A stretch of DNA of 64,000 nt from an uncultured virus (IMG/VR IMGVR_UViG_3300031963_011487) (IMGVR_UViG_3300031963_011487); one strand, 5' to 3'. Positions 43,101-52,011 are shown, counted from the stretch's first letter. Notes: a model not told the origin generated them from the sequence alone. Numbers and translations: made by a program.

Positions 43101-44038
43101 CTACCACAGAACCAGAAACTACGCCAAAAAAAGGACGTGGAAAAAAACCTGACGAAAAAGCACTTGGTCGTGCTAAATCTGTACTAGGGCAAAAAGTTCG
43201 TAATCCAAAAACGGGTCGGGATATCTTGGTGGCAACTGCATTAAAGTACCCAGAAGATGAACCTGTACGAAAGGCGGCTGAACGTATGGTACAACAAGCA
43301 ATGGCGGAAAAAAATGAAATATTATCCGAAGGAAAAGCACCAAAAAAACTTAAGGTATATACACACATCCGTGAATATACCGATGAAGATTTGGAATATG
43401 AAAAAGACGAATATTTTAATAATGAACGAACATTTGAAGCATTTCCAGATTTAGCAGATTCAGCAGATGAATTAAAAAAATTAATTTCTAATGCGGCAAG
43501 TGAAGTACTAGAAGTGGAAGAACTACAAGCATTAGAAAATAGTGATGTTGGGGAGGTCTTACGTGGTGAAAATAAGATGAAAGTATTAAAAAATCTTATT
43601 AGTAAAGAAAAAGACGTAAAAGGATTACTTAGTGATATTAAAAATAAGAAGCCGATTGCCATGCCAATTATTATTAAGCACACCAACGGATACTACTTAT
43701 TGGGGGGAAACACTCGGTTGTCAGTCCTTGCGGCAATTGGACATACAATGCCTGTGAAAGTTTTGGGTCAAGCAAGTCCATATCCATCCCCGTATGTAGT
43801 TGGAAAGTCGGGAGACGTAAAAAAGACGGGTAAGAAAAAGACAGGAAACAAAGATTTATTTAAAAAGTTAATGCAGATGCGTATCACTAATCCTGAGACG
43901 GGTAATCAAGTCAAAGTGGATACGGCAATGGATTATGATAGATTACATCCTGCTCATAAAGCAGCAATGGCGTTTATTCGTCAACACATGAAAGGAATTT
44001 CCAACCGAGCAGGTATACCAAAAAACAGAAATGACTAA
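40103..44038 (+). CDS. Multidomain protein: HNH-like, HExxH peptidase, KxDG ligase-like NTase, HIGH nucleotidyltransferase, ParB-like
   Basis: HDVHH; RTLAHELAH; GGAHGHLAHPF...EKMDGQN...EG...YKLTG; YPGRFQPYHAGH...ISGTQLR; PIII...LLGGNTRL. Confidence 0.8.
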   Translation: MNIESLLYEALQLPSTNRAHINALRYILHKEVSVDLKFLAAQSLTEIHNQYNWWITERGLDESCIVGPNDSAATVRKKCKKAFKHGEKVYPMHWIYAVSGSPMASGLGEEHNPYDSPDYALNGFTGTFKKKQDPEDKETLTRRFADLDPIEEEKSSTERVRRYYKRHPEKVRKYLKDTVKDRVARNRDRAKAIKKHGKEKMKNHDVHHPNGPQNGGARLAKKDHGRDKVNEEYSPDVISSTIQEFVNFAVQKLQLQTLPTVTIIPSSDHMTSLGYYDPMTKQINVVVEGRLLADILRTLAHELAHRKQDELGLITNPMIDGATGSPIENNANAIAGILLRQYGQSNPRIFMTEGLLMEGGAHGHLAHPFEDTDLSFDDFDEMISRSLVGNLEKEGPVVEKMDGQNIAFTVRDGKVVFARNKGHVKNRAEKALSAEELAKMFAGRGEISDAFAKAAEDIEVAMSKLSPEEIEQVFGDGRRVMSTEIIYPGTRNVIPYDKTVLVFHGTLEHDDDGEKVGVQNTENGQIIANAVTKANADKQRTFGISGPRTVAISDQVTEEMQQVYTRLSQKLEDLRAQYNLKPSATLHDYLEEWWNEQLTEIESQQGFKFTNQERAGLIARWIDNDKKFGVKNLSDEKKEWFREFEKNDLTPMLKQSVKPVEQVFLTAGVYALKRVVEFLSANNPAMAEELKKQFVDSIRGIQQAGGPGKLQKLEYELARLKELGIDNVVPSEGLIFTYNGNPYKLTGAFAPVNQIIGTMKYDRAPEKPEASSTEPQKTEAPPEKAQDEPVQPETPVQPPKPIAIYPGRFQPYHAGHHVTYEALVEKFGRENVYVVSSDKQDSITSPFGFSDKQEIMTSMFDIPEDRIIQVKNPYNPIEVTKGLPEGTPVIFAVGEKDAQRLGGKYFQKYDPNEKMLGYKQAGYVWIGPPPNLEVNGKEISGTQLRAVMGDPAITDRAKQEIFIKIYGKFDKNIFDKVVKKTSDAEEARKLTDMHGKPEKPTTEPETTPKKGRGKKPDEKALGRAKSVLGQKVRNPKTGRDILVATALKYPEDEPVRKAAERMVQQAMAEKNEILSEGKAPKKLKVYTHIREYTDEDLEYEKDEYFNNERTFEAFPDLADSADELKKLISNAASEVLEVEELQALENSDVGEVLRGENKMKVLKNLISKEKDVKGLLSDIKNKKPIAMPIIIKHTNGYYLLGGNTRLSVLAAIGHTMPVKVLGQASPYPSPYVVGKSGDVKKTGKKKTGNKDLFKKLMQMRITNPETGNQVKVDTAMDYDRLHPAHKAAMAFIRQHMKGISNRAGIPKNRND

Positions 44039-44047
44039 GGGGTTATT

Positions 44048-44638
44048 ATGGCAGATCATGAAGCAATTAATAATGTACGACGAAAAATTAATGAAGTAAT
44101 GAAAAAAACCGACGAACGTATCGTCGTCGGGTGGCGCCCAGAATTGGCAGAAAAACGAAACGAAGGTGATGTGTGGGAAGATTTGGATGGAAAGAAATGG
44201 ACGATTAAAAATGGTATTAAGCAAAACGTTACGAAACTAGACGGAGCAAAAACGCCATGGTTCTGTCCTATGTGTAGTAAAGCAATGAGTCACCGATTTG
44301 ATACAAAATTTTGGATGTTACAGGGCAAATGCATGGACTGCGTTATTAAGGAAGAAACAGAAATCCGTCGCCAGGGAAAATGGAAAGAATACGAACGAAA
44401 AAAACTTCAACAAAATTATGTTGCTTCACTAAAAGATCATATCAATGAATTACAAGATTATCATGATACGGTAACTGCTCCATCTTTTGTCCACGCGGAT
44501 GAAGAAAAAATACTCATGATAGAAAAATGGGATGTTGATATAAACAAAATAAAAACGGATCTTCAAAAAGATATTGAAGAGTTAACAAAACACCTCGCAG
44601 AGTGTGAAGCGGAGATGATGTATGGACAAAGTGATTGA
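44048..44638 (+). CDS. Hypothetical protein with a zinc ribbon
   Basis: CPMC...CMDC; EGDVWE...WTIKNG. Confidence 0.75.
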   Translation: MADHEAINNVRRKINEVMKKTDERIVVGWRPELAEKRNEGDVWEDLDGKKWTIKNGIKQNVTKLDGAKTPWFCPMCSKAMSHRFDTKFWMLQGKCMDCVIKEETEIRRQGKWKEYERKKLQQNYVASLKDHINELQDYHDTVTAPSFVHADEEKILMIEKWDVDINKIKTDLQKDIEELTKHLAECEAEMMYGQSD

Positions 44639-45281
44639 TGCATTTAGAAAATTGATAAAAGATTTTGCCAAGATGCCACAACCAACACAACTAATAGTGG
44701 CGTGCGTGTTGGTTGTTGCTGCATTTAGTACTGGTCAATGTAACAGTGATTCCAAACTTAATCAATTTAGACAAGAATTTGCAAAACTACAAAAAGAAGC
44801 AAACACGGCAAAACAATTTGCGGATAGCACCAATAATATAGTCATTCGCTTAACAACAGAATCACAGCAAAAAGATAAACAAATTGCATCATTGACGGTC
44901 ACTATAGATGTTACAAATAAGCAACGATCTATTCTCAAGGGAAGCCTTTCCAGATTAGAGGATAGTTTAGAGGTAACCAAAGACACAGCACAAATGGTAG
45001 CAATACAAGAAGGAATTATTTATAACTTAAAAGAACAAGTGTCCAACGCAGAATCGGTTATCGGACAACAAAAAGAAGTTATAACGGCACAACAATTTAA
45101 AATCACCAAGTTAGACAGTGCCGTAGCAATTGCAACACAGCGTGGCGATAGTTTACAAACAGTTGTTACTAAATTGATTACTATGCCAAAACCACCACGT
45201 CAATGGATTAGTAAGAAGACCGCTGGTATGATTTCATTTGCAGCAGGTGTCATTATTGGAGATCGGTTGGCAGGGAGATGA
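44622..45281 (+). CDS. Membrane-anchored coiled-coil protein (possibly spanin-like)
   Basis: TM helix, long heptad region, C-terminal hydrophobic helix. Function is inferred only. Confidence 0.6.
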   Translation: MDKVIDAFRKLIKDFAKMPQPTQLIVACVLVVAAFSTGQCNSDSKLNQFRQEFAKLQKEANTAKQFADSTNNIVIRLTTESQQKDKQIASLTVTIDVTNKQRSILKGSLSRLEDSLEVTKDTAQMVAIQEGIIYNLKEQVSNAESVIGQQKEVITAQQFKITKLDSAVAIATQRGDSLQTVVTKLITMPKPPRQWISKKTAGMISFAAGVIIGDRLAGR

Positions 45282-45282
45282 G

Positions 45283-46860
45283 ATGTCGCAAGATTTAAAA
45301 GAAATTATTAAACAAGAATACAAAAAATGTGCAACCAATCCTGCATATTTTTTGTCTAAGTATTCTTACATTCAACATCCAACCCGTGGTCGGATGTTGT
45401 TTGATTTGTACCATTACCAAAAAGATGCACTGAAAGATTTTGACAATCATGATTATAATATTGTACTCAAGGGTCGGCAGATTGGTATTTCTACATTGGT
45501 TGCTGGATACTCACTGTGGCTCTTGTTATTTCACCGAGACAAAAATATTCTCGTTATTGCCACCAAACAAGAAACTGCAAAGAACTTGGTAACGAAAGTA
45601 CGATTCATGCATCAAAATCTTCCTGTGTGGCTACGGGGAAGTGTAACTACTGATAATAAACTCTCCTTACAGTTCGCAAACGGATCACAAATTAAAGCAG
45701 TGGCAAGTAGTAAAGATGCGGGTCGTTCTGAGGCACTGTCTCTCCTTATTCTTGACGAGGCCGCATTCATTGACGATGCAGAAATTATTTGGACAGCTGC
45801 ATCCAGTACGTTATCTACGGGTGGTAAAGCCATTCTTTTATCCACCCCAAATGGCATTGGTAATTTTTTTCATAAGATGTGGCAACAAGCAGAAAATAAA
45901 TCAAATGGATTTAATCCCATTCTCCTAGATTGGCGGGTCCATCCAGAACGTGATCAAGCATGGCGTGATCGTCAAACAGAATTAATGGGTGAAATGGAAG
46001 CATCTCAAGAACACGATGCATCCTTTATTTTCTCGGGTAACACAGTTATACCGCCGGATATTATTGAGTTTTATAAAAAGACTTATGTGCAAGAACCCAT
46101 CTCCAAACAAGGATTTGATGGGAACTTATGGATCTGGGAATATCCGTTGGCTGGAAAATCGTATGTAGTATGTGCTGACGTTGCACGAGGTGACGGCGAA
46201 GATTATTCTACTTTCCATGTTATTGACGTTGAAAAATCTGTACAAGTTGCCGAATACAAAGGAAAGGTGGAAACAAAACAATTCGGTAATATGTTGGTAT
46301 CTATCGCCACAGAATACAATGATGCACTATTAATACCTGATAATAGTTCTATTGGATGGAACTGTATTCAACAAATTATTGATCGGGGATACAGAAATCT
46401 TTTTTACATGTCACGAGATTTACAATATGTAGACGTAGAACATCAGGTAACGGGTAGATATGCTCGTGATGAACGAAACATGGTACCAGGCTTCATGATT
46501 TCCCAACGCACTCGTCCATTAATCATCGCTCGACTAAAAGAATATATGTTGGATAACTCGTTTACAATTCGGTCTGGACGGATGATTGCTGAACTAGAAA
46601 CATTTATTTGGAAAAACGGTCGTCCAGAAGCATTGCAGGGATATAATGACGATTTAGTGTTGGCGTTGTGTATTGGACTATGGGTTCGTGATACAGCCTT
46701 ACGATTACGAATGGAAGGAATAGAATTGACAAAAATGGCGTTGGATAAAACATCGTATAACACTGTTCCCTTCGTACAACGTGGTGGATTACAAGAAAAT
46801 CCCTATGAAATGCCCATCGGTGACGACCGGACAGAAAATATCAGTTGGTTGATTGGATAA
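45283..46860 (+). CDS. terL: Terminase large subunit (gp17-like)
   Basis: KGRQIGIST Walker A, LILDEAAF Walker B, LSTPNG, ADVARG and YNDDLV nuclease aspartates. Confidence 0.95.
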   Translation: MSQDLKEIIKQEYKKCATNPAYFLSKYSYIQHPTRGRMLFDLYHYQKDALKDFDNHDYNIVLKGRQIGISTLVAGYSLWLLLFHRDKNILVIATKQETAKNLVTKVRFMHQNLPVWLRGSVTTDNKLSLQFANGSQIKAVASSKDAGRSEALSLLILDEAAFIDDAEIIWTAASSTLSTGGKAILLSTPNGIGNFFHKMWQQAENKSNGFNPILLDWRVHPERDQAWRDRQTELMGEMEASQEHDASFIFSGNTVIPPDIIEFYKKTYVQEPISKQGFDGNLWIWEYPLAGKSYVVCADVARGDGEDYSTFHVIDVEKSVQVAEYKGKVETKQFGNMLVSIATEYNDALLIPDNSSIGWNCIQQIIDRGYRNLFYMSRDLQYVDVEHQVTGRYARDERNMVPGFMISQRTRPLIIARLKEYMLDNSFTIRSGRMIAELETFIWKNGRPEALQGYNDDLVLALCIGLWVRDTALRLRMEGIELTKMALDKTSYNTVPFVQRGGLQENPYEMPIGDDRTENISWLIG

Positions 46861-46886
46861 TTTTGTAGTATTAGGAAACAGAGTTA

Positions 46887-46894
46887 TATTTATA
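46887..46894 (+). promoter_or_regulatory. Putative late promoter TATTTATA
   Basis: Intergenic, upstream of the small-gene cluster. Confidence 0.6.
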
Positions 46895-46929
46895 TATTGA
46901 TATACTTTATCTACTCTACGGAGATTTGT

Positions 46930-47220
46930 ATGAAACGTAGTGAATTAGAAGAAATTATTATGGAAGAAATTTATAAGACACTGCACGAAGAACGTCTTAT
47001 GAACGAACATGTACTTGACGAAAAATCCGTTCCAGAACCATATGATAGAAAAAATCGTCGTAGAATGAATAGATCACAAATTCTTCGTAGAGACAAGATA
47101 GGAAAAGCTATGAAGAAAAATAAAAAAATTGTTGCAAAATTTAAAAAGCAATATGGTAGTGAATGGATAGATTATTTATGGGCAACCGCAACGCATAACG
47201 CCATTAAGGGCGGAGAATAA
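46930..47220 (+). CDS. Hypothetical protein, putative internal head protein
   Basis: GGAG SD; acidic leader (LDE) followed by a basic module ending WATAT. Confidence 0.7.
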   Translation: MKRSELEEIIMEEIYKTLHEERLMNEHVLDEKSVPEPYDRKNRRRMNRSQILRRDKIGKAMKKNKKIVAKFKKQYGSEWIDYLWATATHNAIKGGE

Positions 47221-47222
47221 AT

Positions 47223-48092
47223 ATGATTAGAATGATGGGATTAGTGGACTTACGTCCTATAAAAACATTACGAAGTACCGTAGATATTGAAGAAGCGTTG
47301 GATCCGGTTGGAAAAGAAGATAGTGATGTTGATAATGATGGAGATACGGATAAGTCAGACGAATATTTAAAGAATCGTCGTGATGCAATTTCCAAGAACG
47401 TTGACGAAGATTCTGCCCGTAACCAACTAATGGCAACGATAGTGAAGTGGAAGGGCGAAGATGGAAAAGATCATGAAGCAACATTAAAATCCATCTACGG
47501 TAGCCCACAAACGTATCCAAAGGGATCTCCAGCTCGTCGTGCAGCAGACCAAATTTACGCACGTGCCAAGAATCCACAACAAGCACGTCCAGCACGAACA
47601 TTTGCACCACCAAGAAAGTCCAGTAAATATAATTTTAGACCTGGTACAGATGACGAGTTTGAATATGAAAGAGACAAACGTGGTTTGTGGGGTGCTGATC
47701 TTGACGAAACGATTACTGAAGACGATAATCCACAGCCATCTAATGACCATGAAGTGTCGATGGCAAACAATTCATTAGATATTATTATTCAAAGTGCTAA
47801 TGAATTAAAAACTAAATTAGGACAAGAAGAAAAAGATATTCCTGCGTGGATTCAAGATCATATCACAAATGCCGCTAATTTCATTCAACAAGCAGCAAAT
47901 AATTATCACGAGTACAATACGCCTGACCAACCACAACCTGATCAACTGGAACAAGAACCAATGAACGAAAAGGCTCCAGAAGGTTGGGAAGGTACTGTCA
48001 AGGCAATGAAAAAACATAAAGAAATTGACAACCCTTGGGCACTTGCATATTACATGAAGTCCAAGGGATATAAATCCCACAAGAGCGAATAA
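47223..48092 (+). CDS. Modular hypothetical protein, putative internal head protein
   Basis: LDPVGKEDSDVDNDGDTDKSDEYL (EF-hand-like loop), HEVSMA...PAWIQ, and NPWALA modules. Confidence 0.75.
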   Translation: MIRMMGLVDLRPIKTLRSTVDIEEALDPVGKEDSDVDNDGDTDKSDEYLKNRRDAISKNVDEDSARNQLMATIVKWKGEDGKDHEATLKSIYGSPQTYPKGSPARRAADQIYARAKNPQQARPARTFAPPRKSSKYNFRPGTDDEFEYERDKRGLWGADLDETITEDDNPQPSNDHEVSMANNSLDIIIQSANELKTKLGQEEKDIPAWIQDHITNAANFIQQAANNYHEYNTPDQPQPDQLEQEPMNEKAPEGWEGTVKAMKKHKEIDNPWALAYYMKSKGYKSHKSE

Positions 48093-48093
48093 T

Positions 48094-48456
48094 ATGGAAC
48101 AGATTGCAAAGTTTCTTGGCACTTTGATGTCAAGTCGGACTCAGGCACACATCTTTCATCTTCAAACTCCATCATTTGCTGCACATAAAGCGTTAGATGA
48201 TTATTATAGTCAAATTACTGACTTGATTGATTCGTATGCAGAAATGGCACAAGGTCGGTACGGGATTATTCGTGGATACGTCATGCAAGGTCAAATTTTT
48301 GAAGACGACACGGCAATTAAATATTTTGGCGGTTTGCAGAAGTTTGTGGACGGTATTCGCGGTTCTCTTCCACAAGACGGTGAATTGAATAATACCGTAG
48401 ATGAAATTTCAGGATTGATATCCAGTACATTATATAAACTTAAATTCCTCAAGTAA
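48094..48456 (+). CDS. Ferritin/Dps-like four-helix protein (DUF5856-like)
   Basis: QAHIFH...HKALDDYY...D..AE..QG..G, YKL. Confidence 0.7.
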   Translation: MEQIAKFLGTLMSSRTQAHIFHLQTPSFAAHKALDDYYSQITDLIDSYAEMAQGRYGIIRGYVMQGQIFEDDTAIKYFGGLQKFVDGIRGSLPQDGELNNTVDEISGLISSTLYKLKFLK

Positions 48457-48457
48457 A

Positions 48458-48790
48458 ATGAAATACAAAGAATTTTACGAAGATATCTGTCGGTGTGATG
48501 AAGGATGTGGATGCGAAGAAACTACCAATGAATACACGGGTGATACGTTTAGTGCCCCCCAACCAGATTTTGATACGTATTCAACACACAATCCCGACCC
48601 ACATAAAAAGAAAATTGAAGAGTTGGTAGCATTATTAGAAAAGAATGTTCCAACAAGTCCTGATAAATGGGCAAAAGCAAAAGCCGCAGCTCGTGCTAAA
48701 TTCAAAGTGTACCCTTCCGCTTACGCCAATCTCTGGGCAGCTAAGAAATATAAAAGTATGGGTGGTGGATGGAAGAAAGGAAAGAAGTGA
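48458..48790 (+). CDS. Hypothetical protein, putative internal head protein
   Basis: MKYKEFYE leader; KFKVYPSAYAN...YK..GGGW module. Confidence 0.75.
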   Translation: MKYKEFYEDICRCDEGCGCEETTNEYTGDTFSAPQPDFDTYSTHNPDPHKKKIEELVALLEKNVPTSPDKWAKAKAAARAKFKVYPSAYANLWAAKKYKSMGGGWKKGKK

Positions 48791-48942
48791 TTAAATTAGT
48801 TGATATTATTTTGGAAAAGTGGACAAAGAAATATAAAAAGTCCATTAATTGCAGCAGTCCCAAAGGGTTTTCCCAACGAGCTCATTGCGCTGGTCGTAAA
48901 AAACGGAAGCGTGGGGGCACAACAAAATCCAAATCTGTATGA
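48787..48942 (+). CDS. 51 aa basic two-Cys protein (not in the ORF track)
   Basis: GTG start; MIKLVDIILEKWTKKYKKSINCSSPKGFSQRAHCAGRKKRKRGGTTKSKSV; 4 nt overlaps with both neighbours. Confidence 0.8.
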   Translation: MIKLVDIILEKWTKKYKKSINCSSPKGFSQRAHCAGRKKRKRGGTTKSKSV

Positions 48943-49262
48943 TTAGTCTCACTGAATTGTTGGAAGACGTAGTAGAAGAACTTGACGAAAAATATAAAAC
49001 CAAGGGTAACTTGGGCAAATGGCTTCGTCAAAAATGGGTGGATATTTCTCGTAAAGATAAAAGTGGGAAGCATCCACCGTGTGGCGCATCTGCGGGTAAA
49101 AAGGAACGGAAGGGTGGTTCTGCGAAATATCCGAAATGTCGTCCAGCTCGTTCAGCGGCAGCAATGAGCAAGGGTGAAAAACGATCAGCAGTTGTTCGTA
49201 AACGTAAAGCGGGAAATCCTGGCGGGAAACCTACGATGGTCGCAACATATAAAAAGAGTTAA
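48939..49262 (+). CDS. Basic hypothetical protein, putative internal head protein
   Basis: MISLTELLE leader; KWVDIS, PCG, KYPKCRP. Confidence 0.78.
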   Translation: MISLTELLEDVVEELDEKYKTKGNLGKWLRQKWVDISRKDKSGKHPPCGASAGKKERKGGSAKYPKCRPARSAAAMSKGEKRSAVVRKRKAGNPGGKPTMVATYKKS

Positions 49263-49266
49263 TACT

Positions 49267-49689
49267 ATGGATAATATTAATGAAGCTTGTTGGGAAGGAT
49301 ATAAGCAGGTGGGAATGAAAGAAAAGGGTGGTAAGATGGTTCCCAATTGTGTCCCCTTAGACGAAAGTTGTATATATGACGGTGAATTTTGTCCTGCATG
49401 TCTTGCCAAGTATATCTTAGAAAACAAAAAAGCAGGATACTTAGAAGAAGCCGAATACCAAGGACGCAAGGTTCCTTTAGGTAAACCAATGCGCGGCGAT
49501 GTAAAAAAATTCAAAGTATTTGTCAAAGACCCCTCGACAGGCAATGTCAAAAAGGTTAATTTTGGCGATAAGACTATGAGAATTAAAAAGTCTAATCCTG
49601 CTCGTCGCAAGTCATTCAGAGCACGTCACAATTGTTCTAATCCTGGTCCACGAACAAAAGCAAGATTTTGGTCGTGCAAAAAATGGTAA
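49267..49689 (+). CDS. Modular basic hypothetical protein
   Basis: CWEGY...VPNCVP, CPAC, EAEYQGRKV, SFRARHNC...WSC modules; ATG follows the upstream stop. Confidence 0.78.
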   Translation: MDNINEACWEGYKQVGMKEKGGKMVPNCVPLDESCIYDGEFCPACLAKYILENKKAGYLEEAEYQGRKVPLGKPMRGDVKKFKVFVKDPSTGNVKKVNFGDKTMRIKKSNPARRKSFRARHNCSNPGPRTKARFWSCKKW

Positions 49690-49695
49690 ACTACT

Positions 49696-50406
49696 ATGAA
49701 TGATCTAACACTAACACAACTTATACAAGAAATTCTTGACGAAGAATCAGAAACGGCCAAAAAAGCAAAAGCTATGGGATTGACCTACATGAAATTTGGT
49801 CGTTGGGGCAAGGACGGTAAAGTTACCCACACAACACAAAACGGAGTTCTGACTCCTGCAAAAACAAACGCCGTAGGTACTAATCCTACCGCAGGTACGA
49901 CGACACCTACGCCAATGAATAAAGTTCAGACCCCAGCAACTTCTCAACAACCAACTATAAAATCTCCGGGGTCGTTTAAAAAAGATGCCGGACAATCAAT
50001 GTATAACGCAACATATCGTAGTATTTCTGCGGCAGGACTAGGTAATAAAGATGCCTTTGACAAGGGATATGTCCCATTGACTGTTAAATCAGCAAGTCCT
50101 AAAAGTTGGTCTAGAGGTGATGGAGCACGACATAAAGATTGGATAACCGTGGAGCCCAACAGTGAGTGGCAACAATTTGACTCGGCAAAGGAAAAAGATC
50201 CCCAAGTAGTACAAAAGTCTCTACAACAATATATTGATTCTACGGGTGCCAAGAAAATCGGTCAAATTAAAGGTCAGTTTGGTTCTTCCGCACACAATGA
50301 TGTATATAAGTTGGGATCAACGTTGTTTGTTAATCGTGGAGATAGAGTAGAAGTGGGAAGCACGGGTAGATTAAAAAATAAGGATGTGTGGGGGTTTAAA
50401 AAATAA
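49696..50406 (+). CDS. Hypothetical protein, putative internal head protein
   Basis: Leader ending ILDEE; AKAMGLTYMKFGRWG module. Confidence 0.72.
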   Translation: MNDLTLTQLIQEILDEESETAKKAKAMGLTYMKFGRWGKDGKVTHTTQNGVLTPAKTNAVGTNPTAGTTTPTPMNKVQTPATSQQPTIKSPGSFKKDAGQSMYNATYRSISAAGLGNKDAFDKGYVPLTVKSASPKSWSRGDGARHKDWITVEPNSEWQQFDSAKEKDPQVVQKSLQQYIDSTGAKKIGQIKGQFGSSAHNDVYKLGSTLFVNRGDRVEVGSTGRLKNKDVWGFKK

Positions 50407-50407
50407 T

Positions 50408-50818
50408 ATGATACGTCTCCGTGATTTATTGACCGAAGCAGAGACTAAAAAAGACACTCCCTACATGAGTGGGGATACTTATATTAGTAAGGAAGAAGCA
50501 AAGCGTATCTATGATTATATGGAATATGACTTTGACTTCAACCAATTTGTTTTGGGCATGAACACGGAATTAGAACACCAAGATGTAACGGACGGGAGTT
50601 TAGTAAAAACAGCAATGATAGCTGCTGCTCATTTACGGGAAGTTCCAGACTATTACACGAAATTAAAACAACACGTAGAAAAACAAAAAGTTTCCGAAGA
50701 TGGTGCTCCAACGGGAGGAATCGGATTAAGTCTTCCCGGCGGTTATATTAATGGAGCACCAAAACCCAAAGATGTCAAAAAGATGCGGAAGCATCTCAAT
50801 AAGGAGAAAGATCAATGA
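50408..50818 (+). CDS. DUF5661-like protein, copy 1
   Basis: MIRLRDLLTE leader; GMNTELEH...AHLREVPDYYTKL. Confidence 0.75.
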   Translation: MIRLRDLLTEAETKKDTPYMSGDTYISKEEAKRIYDYMEYDFDFNQFVLGMNTELEHQDVTDGSLVKTAMIAAAHLREVPDYYTKLKQHVEKQKVSEDGAPTGGIGLSLPGGYINGAPKPKDVKKMRKHLNKEKDQ

Positions 50819-50991
50819 TTCGTCTAAAAGATCCATCGTCGGGAAATGTCAAGAAAGTCAATTTTGGTGATCCGAATATGAGAATTAAAAAGTCTAATCC
50901 AGCTCGTCGGAAGTCATTTAGAGCACGTCATAATTGTGCAAACCCTGGTCCACGCACAAAAGCTCGTTATTGGAGTTGCAGAAAATGGTAA
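50815..50991 (+). CDS. 58 aa chimeric protein at a duplication junction (not in the ORF track)
   Basis: AAGGAG SD; MIRLKDPSSGNVKKVNFGDPNMRIKKSNPARRKSFRARHNCANPGPRTKARYWSCRKW. Confidence 0.72.
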   Translation: MIRLKDPSSGNVKKVNFGDPNMRIKKSNPARRKSFRARHNCANPGPRTKARYWSCRKW

Positions 50992-51731
50992 ATTTAACAT
51001 CGTTATTACTATCGGAAGACGTGGGTGAAGAAGCCAAAAAACGTAATCTTCACCATATAGGTTGGGGACGTTACGCTGATGCTTCTGGTAAACTTGTAGC
51101 CAAAAGTGTGGATGGTAAACTAGTGGATGTCCCAAAGGATGAACTTGACCCTGAAGTAGACCAACCAACTAGAGACATTGAAGGTTTACCTAACGAAAAA
51201 CGTCCGGGTGCATGGAAAAACTGGAAACCAAAATTATCTACTACTGACGATGAATTACGTCAGTACAATTACGCAAGTAGAGCAATTAGAGCAATTGGCC
51301 CCGTGATGGGTTCTGAACGAGAGATAAAACATAGAAAACTTCCTCCTGGCGAAGTGACATATGAAAAAGGAGCGGGTAATCCATACGTGGCCAGAAATCC
51401 AGATGGAAAATTAGCATCATTTTCACACGACACATTTGCAGCCGCATTTGCAAACGGGAAATCATTGAAAGGATATGATTTTGTAAAAGATTATGATGGT
51501 TCTATGAAAAAATTATCAAAGGAACTAAAACCTACGCTTGATAAACTAAAGTCAGCTGAAACTGGTACCAATGATAAAGGTAAGATAAAATCTTTTTTAA
51601 GAGATTTAGTTACCGCATTTGTTTTAGGTACGCGCCGGGGCCGTAAAGGTTCCCGAGCGTCAAGTTCTGGAGGTAGCGGATTCGGCGGCGGAGGCGGGTT
51701 CAGTGGCGGCGGCGGGGGTTCATCGTTCTAA
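50985..51731 (+). CDS. Hypothetical protein with a Gly-rich C-terminus
   Basis: MVNLTSLLLSE leader; AKKRNLHHIGWGRY module; ends GFGGGGGFSGGGGGSSF. Confidence 0.72.
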   Translation: MVNLTSLLLSEDVGEEAKKRNLHHIGWGRYADASGKLVAKSVDGKLVDVPKDELDPEVDQPTRDIEGLPNEKRPGAWKNWKPKLSTTDDELRQYNYASRAIRAIGPVMGSEREIKHRKLPPGEVTYEKGAGNPYVARNPDGKLASFSHDTFAAAFANGKSLKGYDFVKDYDGSMKKLSKELKPTLDKLKSAETGTNDKGKIKSFLRDLVTAFVLGTRRGRKGSRASSSGGSGFGGGGGFSGGGGGSSF

Positions 51732-51732
51732 C

Positions 51733-52011
51733 ATGATTTTACTTCGTGATTTATTGACCGAGGCCGATACCAAAAAAGACACTCCGTATGTGAGTGGGGA
51801 TACTTATATTAGTACGGATGAAGCAAAACGTATCTATGATTATATGGGATATGATTTTGACTTCAACCAATTTGTTTTGGGTATGAATGTAGAACTGGAA
51901 CACCAAGATGTGACGGACGGGAGTTTAATCAAAACTGCGATGATTTCCGCCGCACATCTCCGAGAGGTTCCTGATTATTATACAAAGTTGAAACAATATG
52001 TGGAGAAATAA
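51733..52011 (+). CDS. DUF5661-like protein, copy 2
   Basis: MILLRDLLTE leader; nearly identical to the first 92 aa of the 50408 gene. Confidence 0.78.
   Translation: MILLRDLLTEADTKKDTPYVSGDTYISTDEAKRIYDYMGYDFDFNQFVLGMNVELEHQDVTDGSLIKTAMISAAHLREVPDYYTKLKQYVEK

Noticed and set aside
42706..43686. 326 aa minus-strand ORF
   Set aside because: Lies wholly antisense to the motif-bearing 1311 aa gene; Ser/Phe-rich composition is typical of a shadow frame.
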